Below, in pieces: positions 1 through 9,116 of a stretch of 62,479 nt of DNA. Location: contig CAZMSJ010000004.1 of assembly GCA_964568925.1 (NCBI GenBank), positions 1-62,479 of the forward strand, given 5' to 3'. The stretch comes from an uncultured Gammaproteobacteria bacterium. GTDB taxonomy: Bacteria; Patescibacteriota; Microgenomatia; UBA8517. Below the pieces are notes generated by a model, which worked only from the letters and a program-made list of their open reading frames with translations, did not search any database and was not told the origin of the DNA. Made by a program: the position numbers and the translations under genes. Numbering within the stretch: the first letter of the stretch is position 1; the number at the start of each line of letters is the position of its first letter.

Positions 1-31
1 TTTTGTGTCTCGGATAGTGTAGTCTTACCAG

Positions 32-595
32 ATGATACGAGTCATCGGGATTGATCCAGGCACAGCAACAACTGGCTTTGCGGTTCTTGATGCATATGAA
101 GATGATATTCAGATTGTAGAATTTGGCTTAATTGAAACCGCAAAAGATTTATCTCCAGAAAAGCGTTTGATTAGTATATACACAGAACTAAACGCCATTG
201 TTGATCGCCACAACCCAAGTATTCTTGTTATTGAGAAAGTCTTTTTCTCATCAAACGTAAAGACTGCTATTCGTGTTGGCCAAGCCCAAGGAGTAATGCT
301 TTTGTCAGCGGCCTACAAAAATATTCCGGTTGCAGAGTATGCACCAGGTACCATTAAAAAGGTAGTTGCCGGGGATGGGAGAGCGGACAAGAAACTTATG
401 GTTGAAATGGTACGAGTAATTTTAGGGCCAAAAGCAGTTGGTCAGGTAGGGAAAAAGACACATTTTGATAATGCGGCTGACGCCTTAGCTATTGCAATGA
501 CGCATATTTACACAACAGATGTTACGGAAAAACTCAAAAAATTCATTGACGATGTGGTTCCACGTAAAGTCGACACCAAAAAGAAAAAGTCCTAG
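32..595 (+). CDS. ruvC: Holliday junction resolvase RuvC
   Basis: 187-aa ORF. The N-terminal IGIDPGTATTGFAVLD motif and overall length are typical of RuvC. Confidence 0.9.
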   Translation: MIRVIGIDPGTATTGFAVLDAYEDDIQIVEFGLIETAKDLSPEKRLISIYTELNAIVDRHNPSILVIEKVFFSSNVKTAIRVGQAQGVMLLSAAYKNIPVAEYAPGTIKKVVAGDGRADKKLMVEMVRVILGPKAVGQVGKKTHFDNAADALAIAMTHIYTTDVTEKLKKFIDDVVPRKVDTKKKKS

Positions 596-617
596 AAAAA
601 AGGCACGTCTTCAGGCT

Positions 618-992
618 ATGGAATGGGTTGCAGCACCTGATGTAGCTGCGCGCCTTCAAGTGTTAGTCCCAACACTTGAAATAGATTGGGTAGACCCAAC
701 ACGAATCTATTGCTTCCGATCAGTAAACACAACGTCCCGCGCAATTGCTCGTATCTGGGGTATGAGTAAGATCTGGCAATTAGCTCTGGCTACACCACCG
801 GGCTACTGCTTAGAAGTCGTTTCAGAGCGCTACGACCGTATGAGTCCACGCGAGCAAGACAAAGTACTATTGCATGAGTTATCTCATATTCCTAAAAACT
901 TTTCTGGAGCGCTGCTTGCCCACACCAGAGGAAAGGGCGGATTTCATGACAAGTTGCATGATCTTGAATCCCGATATGACAAGCTCTTCTAG
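618..992 (+). CDS. Putative zinc metallopeptidase (HExxH)
   Basis: The track ORF 519..992 overlaps the ruvC end, and the ATG at 618 lies just after the ruvC stop. It contains LLHELSH (HExxH) followed by a basic C-terminus. The family is not verified. Confidence 0.5.
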   Translation: MEWVAAPDVAARLQVLVPTLEIDWVDPTRIYCFRSVNTTSRAIARIWGMSKIWQLALATPPGYCLEVVSERYDRMSPREQDKVLLHELSHIPKNFSGALLAHTRGKGGFHDKLHDLESRYDKLF

Positions 993-1050
993 TTTTTAAA
1001 CTTGACCTCATTCATGGTATACTAACCCATAGCTAAGTAAGGAGGCTTAC

Positions 1051-1245
1051 ATGAAGTTGCCGAAGAATCCTTTTGTGATTCTTGTAATGACCGTTTCGAT
1101 TATTGTGTTTGGTGTCGTGGTAGGTACCATTCCTGATCTTTCAATCTTTGTGAAAATTGGAGTTGGTACCGCCAGCGGAATGCTGGCTGCAACTGTCCTT
1201 TTTAGTATCGTTCCACCCATCAAGAAAGATGGGGAAAACCGTTAA
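1051..1245 (+). CDS. Small membrane protein (64 aa, two hydrophobic segments)
   Basis: A strong SD (AAGGAGG) lies 6 nt upstream of the ATG. The protein is hydrophobic. Confidence 0.5.
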   Translation: MKLPKNPFVILVMTVSIIVFGVVVGTIPDLSIFVKIGVGTASGMLAATVLFSIVPPIKKDGENR

Positions 1246-1258
1246 AAAAGGGGAATAG

Positions 1259-1417
1259 ATGAAAAATAGATCTTGGGAAATAGCTGCCCTTACCCTTGCG
1301 GGTTACCTGACTATCGTTATTCCAAGTGCTAAAAGCGGAGACTCATTGCTTGTGAAGATTCTTTTCGGGATTTTCTTTAGTGCCGCTCTTGGCAAGTTTG
1401 CAGGCAGTAGGGTTTAG
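1259..1417 (+). CDS. Small membrane protein (52 aa), not in ORF track
   Basis: Hand translation gives MKNRSWEIAALTLAGYLTIVIPSAKSGDSLLVKILFGIFFSAALGKFAGSRV. There is a purine-rich SD-like AAGGGG upstream, and a strong terminator follows at 1425..1456. Confidence 0.4.
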   Translation: MKNRSWEIAALTLAGYLTIVIPSAKSGDSLLVKILFGIFFSAALGKFAGSRV

Positions 1418-1424
1418 TTATATC

Positions 1425-1456
1425 GGCAGGACACATTTGATGTCCTGCCCTTTTTT
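1425..1456 (+). terminator. Rho-independent terminator
   Basis: GGCAGGACA-cattga-TGTCCTGCC stem followed by CTTTTTT. Confidence 0.7.
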
Positions 1457-1478
1457 GTGCCTGGTATACTTGTCAGAT

Positions 1479-2153
1479 ATGAAGGTTGTAGCACTCTTTG
1501 GTTCTGACTCAGATCGAGTTACCTCACGAATGCTTGATATCGTTCGTGGAGTGAAAAAAAAGGGGTATCGCGTTTCAGAAATAGCGAATAAGACCTCATT
1601 TAAAGAAGCCCTTTCAGAGACCAGTCTTTTTGAAGAAGATGTCTTATACGTTTGCGAAGGTGCTTCAAAAAGAGGTGAATCAGATTGGGAGTGGATTTCA
1701 AAAAATGCAGCATCTTCTGCTTCAAGTATCTTGTTTACGTTTGGAGAAACGATTCCCGTTAAAATTAAAAAGCTTCTTCCCTCTGACGCAAAACTTGAAG
1801 AGTTCAAAGTTCCGGTAATCATCTTCCAATTTTTAGACTCACTTACACCTCACAACAAAGCATGTTTACCACTTCTTAAGAAAGTTACCGCAACCGAGCC
1901 AGTTGAACTTGTTTTTTCATTGCTGGTAACACATCTTCGAGATATGTACTGGGTGCTGACTGATCCAAATAGTTATGCTGGTCCAGATTGGAAAAAGGGA
2001 AAGATCACCTCACAGGCACGAAAAATAGGTATGGAGAACCTTACGAAAGCTTTTGATGAGTTGTCACGAATTGATATGGATGTAAAAAGCAGTGTGGGAA
2101 ATCTAACGATCTTTCTTGACCGATTTTTAATACGATTTCTTGTGTTAGAATGA
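1479..2153 (+). CDS. Hypothetical protein, possibly a short DNA polymerase III delta (HolA)-like subunit
   Basis: The track start at 1380 runs through the terminator, so the ATG at 1479 (MKVVALFGSDSDRV...) is more plausible. The N-terminus only loosely resembles the HolA pattern, so this is a weak call. Confidence 0.3.
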   Translation: MKVVALFGSDSDRVTSRMLDIVRGVKKKGYRVSEIANKTSFKEALSETSLFEEDVLYVCEGASKRGESDWEWISKNAASSASSILFTFGETIPVKIKKLLPSDAKLEEFKVPVIIFQFLDSLTPHNKACLPLLKKVTATEPVELVFSLLVTHLRDMYWVLTDPNSYAGPDWKKGKITSQARKIGMENLTKAFDELSRIDMDVKSSVGNLTIFLDRFLIRFLVLE

Positions 2154-3574
2154 GCTACATGTCAATTCCTACAAACATATTTAGAGGGTATGATATACGC
2201 GGGTTAACCGGAAGTGAATTAACTCCTGAACTTCTTGAAACGCTTGGAAAGGCATATGCAACGTTTCTTTATCGCAGACAGATTCGTGAATGTGTTGTTG
2301 GTATGGATATTCGTGAAACCTCACCAGTCTACAAAGAAGCGTTTATAAAAGGTTTGACCTCTCAAGGAATTGACGTAATCGATTTTGGACTAACTCTCAC
2401 TCAAATCATGTATTTCGCTCAATATCATTACCTTTCAAAAGGAGGAGCCATGATCACTGCATCTCACAACCCTCGTGAATTTAATGGATTAAAGTTAGCT
2501 GTTGGTTTTTCAGATACCCTGGTAGGTTCTGAAATTCAAGAGATTCGCCAAATTGCAGAAAGTGGCTCGTTTGCAGGCTGGGGCGCAACAGGTGCGGTCC
2601 GGGTTGATGATGTATTTCCTTTCTATAAGGCTGATTTGTTTAAACGAATTCCCCTTCATGATTCAGGGTTAACGGTTGTTGTTGATTCATCATGTGCAAC
2701 CACAGGTAAATTTTTACCAGAGATCTTACGTGAGGCTGGCTGCACGGTCATTGAACAAAACACAAATCTTGATCCTACCTTTCCGTTGGGTACTCCTGAC
2801 CCAACTGAGGAATCAGTGTTAAAACGCCTTTCTGATCGAGTTCTTGCTGAAGGTGCTGACTTAGGCGTGACCTATGACTCAGATGGTGATCGATTGGGGG
2901 TCGTAGACAGTACCGGACGACTGTTGTGGAATGATATTTTAGTAGCACTCTTTTCAAAAGATATTCTTCATTTCCTTCCAGGTAGTCCAATTGTGTTTAA
3001 CGCTCTTTGTTCAAAAACAGTTATTGATACGATTCATGCGGCCGGTGGAGTACCCACAATGTGGTTAACAGGACACAGTTTCATTAAGGCAAAAGTACGA
3101 GAAACAAGAGCTCCATTTGGAGGAGAACTCTCAGGACACTTTTTCTTTATGGATAATTTCTTTGGACATGATGATGGAGCATTTGCAACCTTGCGTCTTT
3201 TGCAATTTTTAAAGCGTGAAGGTAAGAAACTATCTCAAGTTGTTGATGAGCTTCCGGCATATATTGGGAGTCCAGAAATAAAGTTGGGCTTGGGGGACCA
3301 AATTAAGTTTGATTTCATCAAAAATCATTTTGCGAAAGACTTAATGGAACTTTTTCCTGGAGCAACATACACAGATATCGATGGGTTCCGCGCAGACAGC
3401 GAAACAGGAATGGCAATTATTCGAGCGAGCCAAAATGGTCCATATGTAACGATTAAGTTTGAAGGGAAAACCCAAGAAGAATATGATCGATTGAAGGTGT
3501 CACTTCGAGATATTTTAAAGAAATATCCCGAGGTTGATTGGACCTCGGGAGTAAATACTCATGCATTTGAGTAA
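2150..3574 (+). CDS. Phosphoglucomutase/phosphomannomutase (alpha-D-phosphohexomutase family)
   Basis: Phosphoserine loop MITASHNPREFNGLK, metal loop YDSDGDRLG and sugar loop GGELSGHFFF. Confidence 0.85.
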   Translation: MSYMSIPTNIFRGYDIRGLTGSELTPELLETLGKAYATFLYRRQIRECVVGMDIRETSPVYKEAFIKGLTSQGIDVIDFGLTLTQIMYFAQYHYLSKGGAMITASHNPREFNGLKLAVGFSDTLVGSEIQEIRQIAESGSFAGWGATGAVRVDDVFPFYKADLFKRIPLHDSGLTVVVDSSCATTGKFLPEILREAGCTVIEQNTNLDPTFPLGTPDPTEESVLKRLSDRVLAEGADLGVTYDSDGDRLGVVDSTGRLLWNDILVALFSKDILHFLPGSPIVFNALCSKTVIDTIHAAGGVPTMWLTGHSFIKAKVRETRAPFGGELSGHFFFMDNFFGHDDGAFATLRLLQFLKREGKKLSQVVDELPAYIGSPEIKLGLGDQIKFDFIKNHFAKDLMELFPGATYTDIDGFRADSETGMAIIRASQNGPYVTIKFEGKTQEEYDRLKVSLRDILKKYPEVDWTSGVNTHAFE

Positions 3575-3577
3575 TGC

Positions 3578-3805
3578 TTAGGACTGGTATTCTCCAATAC
3601 GGTAGTCTCCATGTTTATTCATATAATCATCAAGTGCTTTTTTTACCTGAGGATCATCACTTTCTGTATCAAAAAGCATTATTTCGTCGTTATTTTCCTC
3701 ATATATTTTGATAGCTCTCATGAGAGCTTGTATTTGAGAAACAGACAAGTTGAACTTACTTATACAGATTGATAACTTGTTCAAAACAGTACTTACTGAG
3801 TTCAT
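3578..3805 (-). CDS. Hypothetical small acidic protein (75 aa)
   Basis: It is the only ORF in this gap and lies on the opposite strand to its neighbours. No recognisable motif. Confidence 0.35.
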   Translation of the reverse strand: MNSVSTVLNKLSICISKFNLSVSQIQALMRAIKIYEENNDEIMLFDTESDDPQVKKALDDYMNKHGDYRIGEYQS

Positions 3806-3870
3806 CAGACATGCTCCACTAACTTTGTTATCGGTTCGTGATTGTACGGCGCGTGCTGTTTTTCGTCAAA

Positions 3871-3879
3871 TGCTATACT
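3871..3879 (+). promoter_or_regulatory. Extended -10 promoter element (TGcTATACT) for the PGI/PMI gene
   Basis: TGCTATACT ends 6 nt before the ATG at 3886, implying a leaderless or near-leaderless mRNA. Confidence 0.4.
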
Positions 3880-3885
3880 GAAATC

Positions 3886-4953
3886 ATGAATCTTGATTCC
3901 ATGAATGAGATCGTAAAGCTTGATGTAAAAGATACCTTCTCTTCCATTACTCACTTAGCAGATCAGATGGAACAAGCTTGGTCTGAAGTAATGGAACTGT
4001 CAGTTCCTGAGGACTTTGCTTCTGCAAAAAACATAGTACTGGCTGGTATGGGTGGCTCCGCTTTAGGTGGAAGAATGATTCATTCTTTATTCACAGGAGA
4101 GCTTCGTGCCCCATTTGAAGTGGTGACTGGGTATCACCTTCCTCATTATGTAAATTCTGAAACGCTTGTCATTATTAGTTCCTATTCAGGGACAACAGAG
4201 GAGACCGTTGCAAACCTTTCAGAGGCAAAAGAGAGGGGCGCAAAAATTTTTGTTCTCACAACAGGTGGAACACTTGCTGAGGAGGCAGAGAAATATTCAC
4301 TCTGTTCCTATACTTTTACCCCTACCTTTAATGGCAGTGGTCAACCCCGACTCGCTTTGGGTTATTCTGCAACGGCAGTAATTGCCCTTTTAACAAAACT
4401 CTCGTTTCTTTCAGTTCCTGAAGAGTCGTTTACAGAGACGATACGTGTTGTGAGAGAGTTATCAACGACCTTTGGTGTTTCCTCACCTGAGTCTTCAAAT
4501 GTAGCAAAACACTTAGCTCGTCAGATAAAAAACCATATTCCTATTCTTATTGCCAGTGAACATCTTGTTGGCGTGACGCATGCCGTTAAAAATCAATGTA
4601 ATGAAACAGGTAAACATTTTTCAGCTCTCTTTGATTTGCCAGAACTCAATCATCATTTGCTAGAAGGATTAAAGTTTCCTGCAGTTTCTCATGAGCAGTT
4701 GTTATTTATTATGTTTGATTCAGCTCTGTATTCACCAAGAATTCAAAAGAGAGTACAGGTAACAAAGGAAGTTATTGGCAAAAATGACTGTACATCTGTT
4801 GTTTATAAGTTAACCAGTGAAAATAAGCTCACCCAAGTTTTTGAACTCTTAACCCTTGGTTCTTTCATGACTTTCTACCTTGCTATGCTTGCACAGGTTG
4901 ATCCATCCCAAATTCCTTGGGTTGATTACTTTAAAGCCCAAATGGGGCACTAA
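3886..4953 (+). CDS. Bifunctional phosphoglucose/phosphomannose isomerase (SIS domain)
   Basis: SIS motifs GMGGSALGG and SSYSGTTEET. The ATG at 3886 is preferred over the GTG at 3838, which would lie upstream of the -10 element. Confidence 0.7.
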   Translation: MNLDSMNEIVKLDVKDTFSSITHLADQMEQAWSEVMELSVPEDFASAKNIVLAGMGGSALGGRMIHSLFTGELRAPFEVVTGYHLPHYVNSETLVIISSYSGTTEETVANLSEAKERGAKIFVLTTGGTLAEEAEKYSLCSYTFTPTFNGSGQPRLALGYSATAVIALLTKLSFLSVPEESFTETIRVVRELSTTFGVSSPESSNVAKHLARQIKNHIPILIASEHLVGVTHAVKNQCNETGKHFSALFDLPELNHHLLEGLKFPAVSHEQLLFIMFDSALYSPRIQKRVQVTKEVIGKNDCTSVVYKLTSENKLTQVFELLTLGSFMTFYLAMLAQVDPSQIPWVDYFKAQMGH

Positions 4954-4964
4954 ATGAGCTTGGC

Positions 4965-4993
4965 TTTACTTCAAATACTACTTATAGTATAAT
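4965..4993 (+). promoter_or_regulatory. Sigma70-like promoter (TTTACT-17-TATAAT)
   Basis: -35 TTTACT at 4965..4970, a 17-nt spacer, and -10 TATAAT at 4988..4993, upstream of the 5027 ORF. Confidence 0.45.
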
Positions 4994-5026
4994 TCTCATG
5001 TTATCCTTTTATTTTAGGAGCGTATT

Positions 5027-5431
5027 TTGTCACAAGATACCATTACTCGCGAAAAACTGGATACTTTGCTGCGCAACGAGGGTATTAATCCTATCTTCGT
5101 TGAACAACCTATGGTGCCTTGTTGGGATGAAACACAACCCAAAGGGGTTGGCGTTCATTCTGCTCTGCTGACCAGCGATTTGATCGTTCGTTCAGATGGT
5201 TCCTATGTTTATCTCGATGGTGAGGTAAGCATGGATGCAACAATGTTGGCACGGATTCATCATGGCGTTGAAAACGTAGATGATGTTAGAGAACGGCTTC
5301 TCGATATATTTCCAGAGCTCAAGAAATCTACTGTTGCCACCAATGAATTGTGCCCGGTTGCACGAGACATCTTGGGCTGGAAAGAATATGTAAATCGCCT
5401 AAGTGAGATTCCCAATGGCGGAGTCCTTTAG
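5027..5431 (+). CDS. Hypothetical protein (134 aa)
   Basis: TTG start preceded by TAGGAG. It has its own promoter and terminator. No motif recognised. Confidence 0.5.
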   Translation: MSQDTITREKLDTLLRNEGINPIFVEQPMVPCWDETQPKGVGVHSALLTSDLIVRSDGSYVYLDGEVSMDATMLARIHHGVENVDDVRERLLDIFPELKKSTVATNELCPVARDILGWKEYVNRLSEIPNGGVL

Positions 5432-5445
5432 TTTATGTGTTTGTG

Positions 5446-5475
5446 CCCGTGGATTACTCCACGGGTATTTTTATT
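5446..5475 (+). terminator. Rho-independent terminator
   Basis: CCCGTGGA-ttac-TCCACGGG stem followed by a T-rich tract. Confidence 0.7.
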
Positions 5476-5502
5476 TACCACTGCCTTAAGTCTTTTATAC
5501 TC

Positions 5503-5531
5503 TTGCCAAAGGTGTGCAACTTCACTACTAT
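5503..5531 (+). promoter_or_regulatory. Sigma70-like promoter (TTGCCA-17-TACTAT) for ppsA
   Basis: Hexamers with a 17-nt spacer. The -10 ends 9 nt before the ATG at 5541 and there is no SD, so the mRNA is near-leaderless. Confidence 0.45.
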
Positions 5532-5540
5532 GAATAAAGT

Positions 5541-7820
5541 ATGGCTGCCCAACCATTAGTAGCGTTTTTCAAAGATATCGATAAACATGATGTTGCCTTA
5601 GTCGGTGGAAAGGGTGCAAATCTAGGAGAAATGACTCAAGCAGGTTTCCCTGTTCCTTATGGTTTTGCCATCACCGTTGCCTCCTATGACATCTTCCTCA
5701 AAGAAAACAATTTAATTGAGCCGTTAAATAAAATTATTGCCGAGCTTGATACTACTGATTCAACTGCTCTTTTGGCTGCATCAAAGAAAATTGAGAAGCT
5801 TATTATGTCTTCTCGTATGCCAGATGAAGTGGCAAAAGAAACGATTAAAGCATACAAAAAACTCTCTGGTGTCTTTAAGAAAGCTCTTGTTGCCGTTCGT
5901 AGTTCTGCAACCGCTGAAGACCTTCCTGGGATGTCATTTGCTGGTCAGCAAGCCACCTTCTTGGATGTGAAAGGTGAAGTTGCGCTTCTTGAGAAAGTAA
6001 AAGAATGTTGGGCATCTCTCTTTACTGCTCGAGCTATCTTCTATCGACACGAAAACAAAATCGATACAACACGGGTTAAGATTTCTGTCATTGTACAGAA
6101 AATGGTTCAGTCAGTTGTCTCTGGTGTTATGTTCTCCATTAATCCAGTAACCAACCAAAAGGATCGCATTGTTATTGAGTCTGTTTGGGGACTCGGAGAA
6201 ATGATTGTGCAAGGAGCAGTAGCACCTGACAATTATGTAGTTCAAAAGGATACATACGCTATTCTTTCTCGTGAGATTTCAGATCAGTCAATTATGCTTG
6301 TCAGAAAAGGTGGAGAACCAAAAGAGGTTGAAGTTCCAAAGGCATGGAGAGACAAACAGAAAATTAGTGATGAAGAAATAGTAAAGCTCGCTAAAATTGC
6401 ACAGAAATTGCAAGACCACTATTACTTCCCACAAGATATGGAGTGGGCAAAAGAAGGTGACAAACTGTTTATCACACAAACTCGTCCTGTTACAACCATT
6501 GATGTAACTCGAAAGTCAGTAAAGTCTACTGAAGGAAATACCGATGTTGCTGAACTTACACCAATTTTAACGGGTGTTGCATCAAGTCCTGGAATTGGAA
6601 GTGGTCATGTGAAGATTTTAAGGTCCCCAAGCGAAATTGGTAAAGTTCACACCGGTGATATTTTGGTTGCAGAAATGACTTCTCCTGACTATGTGCCTGC
6701 AATGAAGAAGGCATCTGCAATTATCACTGATCAAGGCGGATTAACTTCTCATGCAGCTATCGTTTCTCGAGAACTTGGAGTTCCGTGTGTCGTTGGTACA
6801 CGAGAAGCTACAAAGAAGCTGAAGGAAGATATGGTTGTGACCGTTGATGGAGCAAAGGGACTTGTTTATATGGGTGGAAAGGTTGCAGTAGATATTAAGG
6901 CCAACACTGCAAAGATTGCAGTACGAGATACCAGCAAACTTAAAACTGCAACAAAACTCTACGTTAACTTAGCTGAGCCAGAAAGAGCTCGTGAGGTAGC
7001 AAAGATGAATGTTGATGGGGTTGGACTTCTCAGAGCTGAATTCATGATCGCAAATATCGGTGTTCATCCAAAAGAAGCAATTAAAACCAAAACTCAGCAA
7101 ATGTTTATTAAGAAGTTAGCTGCTGATCTTGAACTTTTCTGTAAAGCATTTGATCCACGACCAATTGTGTATCGAGCAACTGATTTTAAGACAAATGAGT
7201 ATCGATCTCTCCAAGGTGGTAAGGCATGGGAACCTGAAGAGCCAAATCCATTGATGGGATTCCGAGGAGCATTCCGATATGTGAATTCACCTGAGGTCTT
7301 TAATCTTGAGCTTGAAGCGATAAAAATAGTGCGAGAAAAGTATAAGAACTTGAGACTCATGATTCCATTTGTTCGCTCACCGGAGGAACTCTTGAGAGTC
7401 CGACGAATGGTTCATGCATCAGGGTTGTTTGAAAGTCCAACCTTTAAGTTCCAAATGATGGTTGAGTTACCAGTAAACGTTATTAAGCTTGAAGACTTTA
7501 TTAAAGTTGGAATTGATGGAATCTCAATTGGAAGTAATGACTTAACCATGTTATTGTTGGGTACGGATCGAGATAATGCTGAAGTTGCTCAAGCATACAA
7601 TGAGCGCGCTCCAGTAGTTGATTGGGCATTGCGACGAGCAATTCGCCTTTCAAACAAGCATGGAATCACCAGTTCAATTTGTGGACAGGCACCATCAAGT
7701 CATGATGAGTTAGTCACAAAGCTTGTTCGTTGGGGAGTGACCAGTATCTCAATTAATCCAGACTCAATCGATCGTGTTCGTGGAGTAATCTACGATGCAG
7801 AGAAAGAGCTCATGAAGTAA
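5541..7820 (+). CDS. ppsA: Phosphoenolpyruvate synthase (pyruvate, water dikinase)
   Basis: N-terminal GGKGANLGEM, phospho-histidine loop GGLTSHAAIVSRELGVPCVVG and a C-terminal PEP-utilizer domain. The 759-aa length fits PpsA better than the longer PPDK. Confidence 0.85.
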   Translation: MAAQPLVAFFKDIDKHDVALVGGKGANLGEMTQAGFPVPYGFAITVASYDIFLKENNLIEPLNKIIAELDTTDSTALLAASKKIEKLIMSSRMPDEVAKETIKAYKKLSGVFKKALVAVRSSATAEDLPGMSFAGQQATFLDVKGEVALLEKVKECWASLFTARAIFYRHENKIDTTRVKISVIVQKMVQSVVSGVMFSINPVTNQKDRIVIESVWGLGEMIVQGAVAPDNYVVQKDTYAILSREISDQSIMLVRKGGEPKEVEVPKAWRDKQKISDEEIVKLAKIAQKLQDHYYFPQDMEWAKEGDKLFITQTRPVTTIDVTRKSVKSTEGNTDVAELTPILTGVASSPGIGSGHVKILRSPSEIGKVHTGDILVAEMTSPDYVPAMKKASAIITDQGGLTSHAAIVSRELGVPCVVGTREATKKLKEDMVVTVDGAKGLVYMGGKVAVDIKANTAKIAVRDTSKLKTATKLYVNLAEPERAREVAKMNVDGVGLLRAEFMIANIGVHPKEAIKTKTQQMFIKKLAADLELFCKAFDPRPIVYRATDFKTNEYRSLQGGKAWEPEEPNPLMGFRGAFRYVNSPEVFNLELEAIKIVREKYKNLRLMIPFVRSPEELLRVRRMVHASGLFESPTFKFQMMVELPVNVIKLEDFIKVGIDGISIGSNDLTMLLLGTDRDNAEVAQAYNERAPVVDWALRRAIRLSNKHGITSSICGQAPSSHDELVTKLVRWGVTSISINPDSIDRVRGVIYDAEKELMK

Positions 7821-7824
7821 TCAT

Positions 7825-9099
7825 ATGGCAAAAATTTCACGAATATGGGCAAGAGAAATTCTTGACTCTCGTGCAACTCCTACAATTGAAACCGCTTGTC
7901 AGCTTGATAATGGAATGGTTGCTGTCGCATCCGTTCCATCAGGAGCTTCAACCGGAAGTTATGAGGCGCTTGAGCTTCGTGATGGTGATACCTCTCGCTT
8001 TTTAGGGAAGGGTGTTTTAAGTGCAGTGAACAACGTAAACACCATTCTTGGACCAGCTATTGTTGGAATGGACATCTCTGATCAGTGGTCAATTGATGCC
8101 AAACTTCTTTCAATTGATGGAACTGAAAACAAATCAAAGATGGGAGCAAATGCAATCCTCTCTATCTCTGAAGTTGTAGTGAAAGCTGCCGCGATGGCAT
8201 TAAATGTTCCTCTTTATATTTGGGTTAATAAACTTGCTGCAGCCAAAGGTATCGCTGCAACTCTCCACACGCCGACACCACTCTTTAATATGATTAACGG
8301 AGGATTGCATGGTGCTGGAAATCTTGATTTCCAGGAATTCTTCGTCATTCCTGCTAGTTCAAAAAATTACAGTGATGGATTGCGTTTAGGTGTTGAGGTC
8401 TACACAACCATTGGTAAAAATTTAGCCAGACGAGGTGCCATTCATTCAGTTGGGGATGAAGGTGGGTATGCACCTAACCTTTTTACAAACGCAGACGCAC
8501 TTGAAATTTTAGTTGAAGCAATTCGAGAAACAACCTATCAATTAGGTCGAGATGTTTTCCTCGGTCTTGATGTTGCAGCGTCCACTTTCTATAAAGCTGG
8601 CGCTTACACCATTCGGGACAAATCAACACCAATGAACGAACTTGGAATGATTGAGTTTTATAAGGAGTTAAATGGTATGTATCACTTGGCTGTTCTTGAA
8701 GATCCTTTAAACGAAGATGCTTGGAGTGGATGGCAAGCAATGCACAAGACTTTTGGTAACACATTCACCGTGGTTGGGGATGATCTTCTTGCGACAAACC
8801 CAGCTCGTGTTAAGAAAGCTATTGAAGAAGATGCGTGTAATGCCGTTCTTATTAAACCAAATCAAATCGGAACAATCACTGAAACACTTGATGTTATCAA
8901 GCTTGCTCGAGACGCCAAGTGGAAGATTATTGTTTCACATCGCTCTGGTGAAACCAATGAATTTTTCATTGCAGACTTTGCAGTAGGTGTTGGTGCTGAT
9001 CACGTAAAGTTTGGTGCACCAGCTCGTGGAGAACGTGTTGCCAAATATAACAGACTTTCGTCAATTGATGCAGAGCTTTCGATGCAACCCCACAGTTAA
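7825..9099 (+). CDS. eno: Enolase
   Basis: N-terminal ISRIWAREILDSRATPT and C-terminal VSHRSGETNEFFIADFAVG motifs. Confidence 0.95.
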   Translation: MAKISRIWAREILDSRATPTIETACQLDNGMVAVASVPSGASTGSYEALELRDGDTSRFLGKGVLSAVNNVNTILGPAIVGMDISDQWSIDAKLLSIDGTENKSKMGANAILSISEVVVKAAAMALNVPLYIWVNKLAAAKGIAATLHTPTPLFNMINGGLHGAGNLDFQEFFVIPASSKNYSDGLRLGVEVYTTIGKNLARRGAIHSVGDEGGYAPNLFTNADALEILVEAIRETTYQLGRDVFLGLDVAASTFYKAGAYTIRDKSTPMNELGMIEFYKELNGMYHLAVLEDPLNEDAWSGWQAMHKTFGNTFTVVGDDLLATNPARVKKAIEEDACNAVLIKPNQIGTITETLDVIKLARDAKWKIIVSHRSGETNEFFIADFAVGVGADHVKFGAPARGERVAKYNRLSSIDAELSMQPHS

Positions 9100-9116
9100 C
9101 TGACTTTTTTGAATGT

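Noticed and set aside
519-617. N-terminal 33 codons of track ORF 519..992.
   Set aside because: They overlap the 3' end of ruvC in another frame. An ATG at 618 lies just after the ruvC stop.
5541-7820. Pyruvate phosphate dikinase instead of PEP synthase.
   Set aside because: The 759-aa length and domain order fit PpsA, and PPDK is typically more than 100 aa longer. A phylogeny would be needed to be certain.
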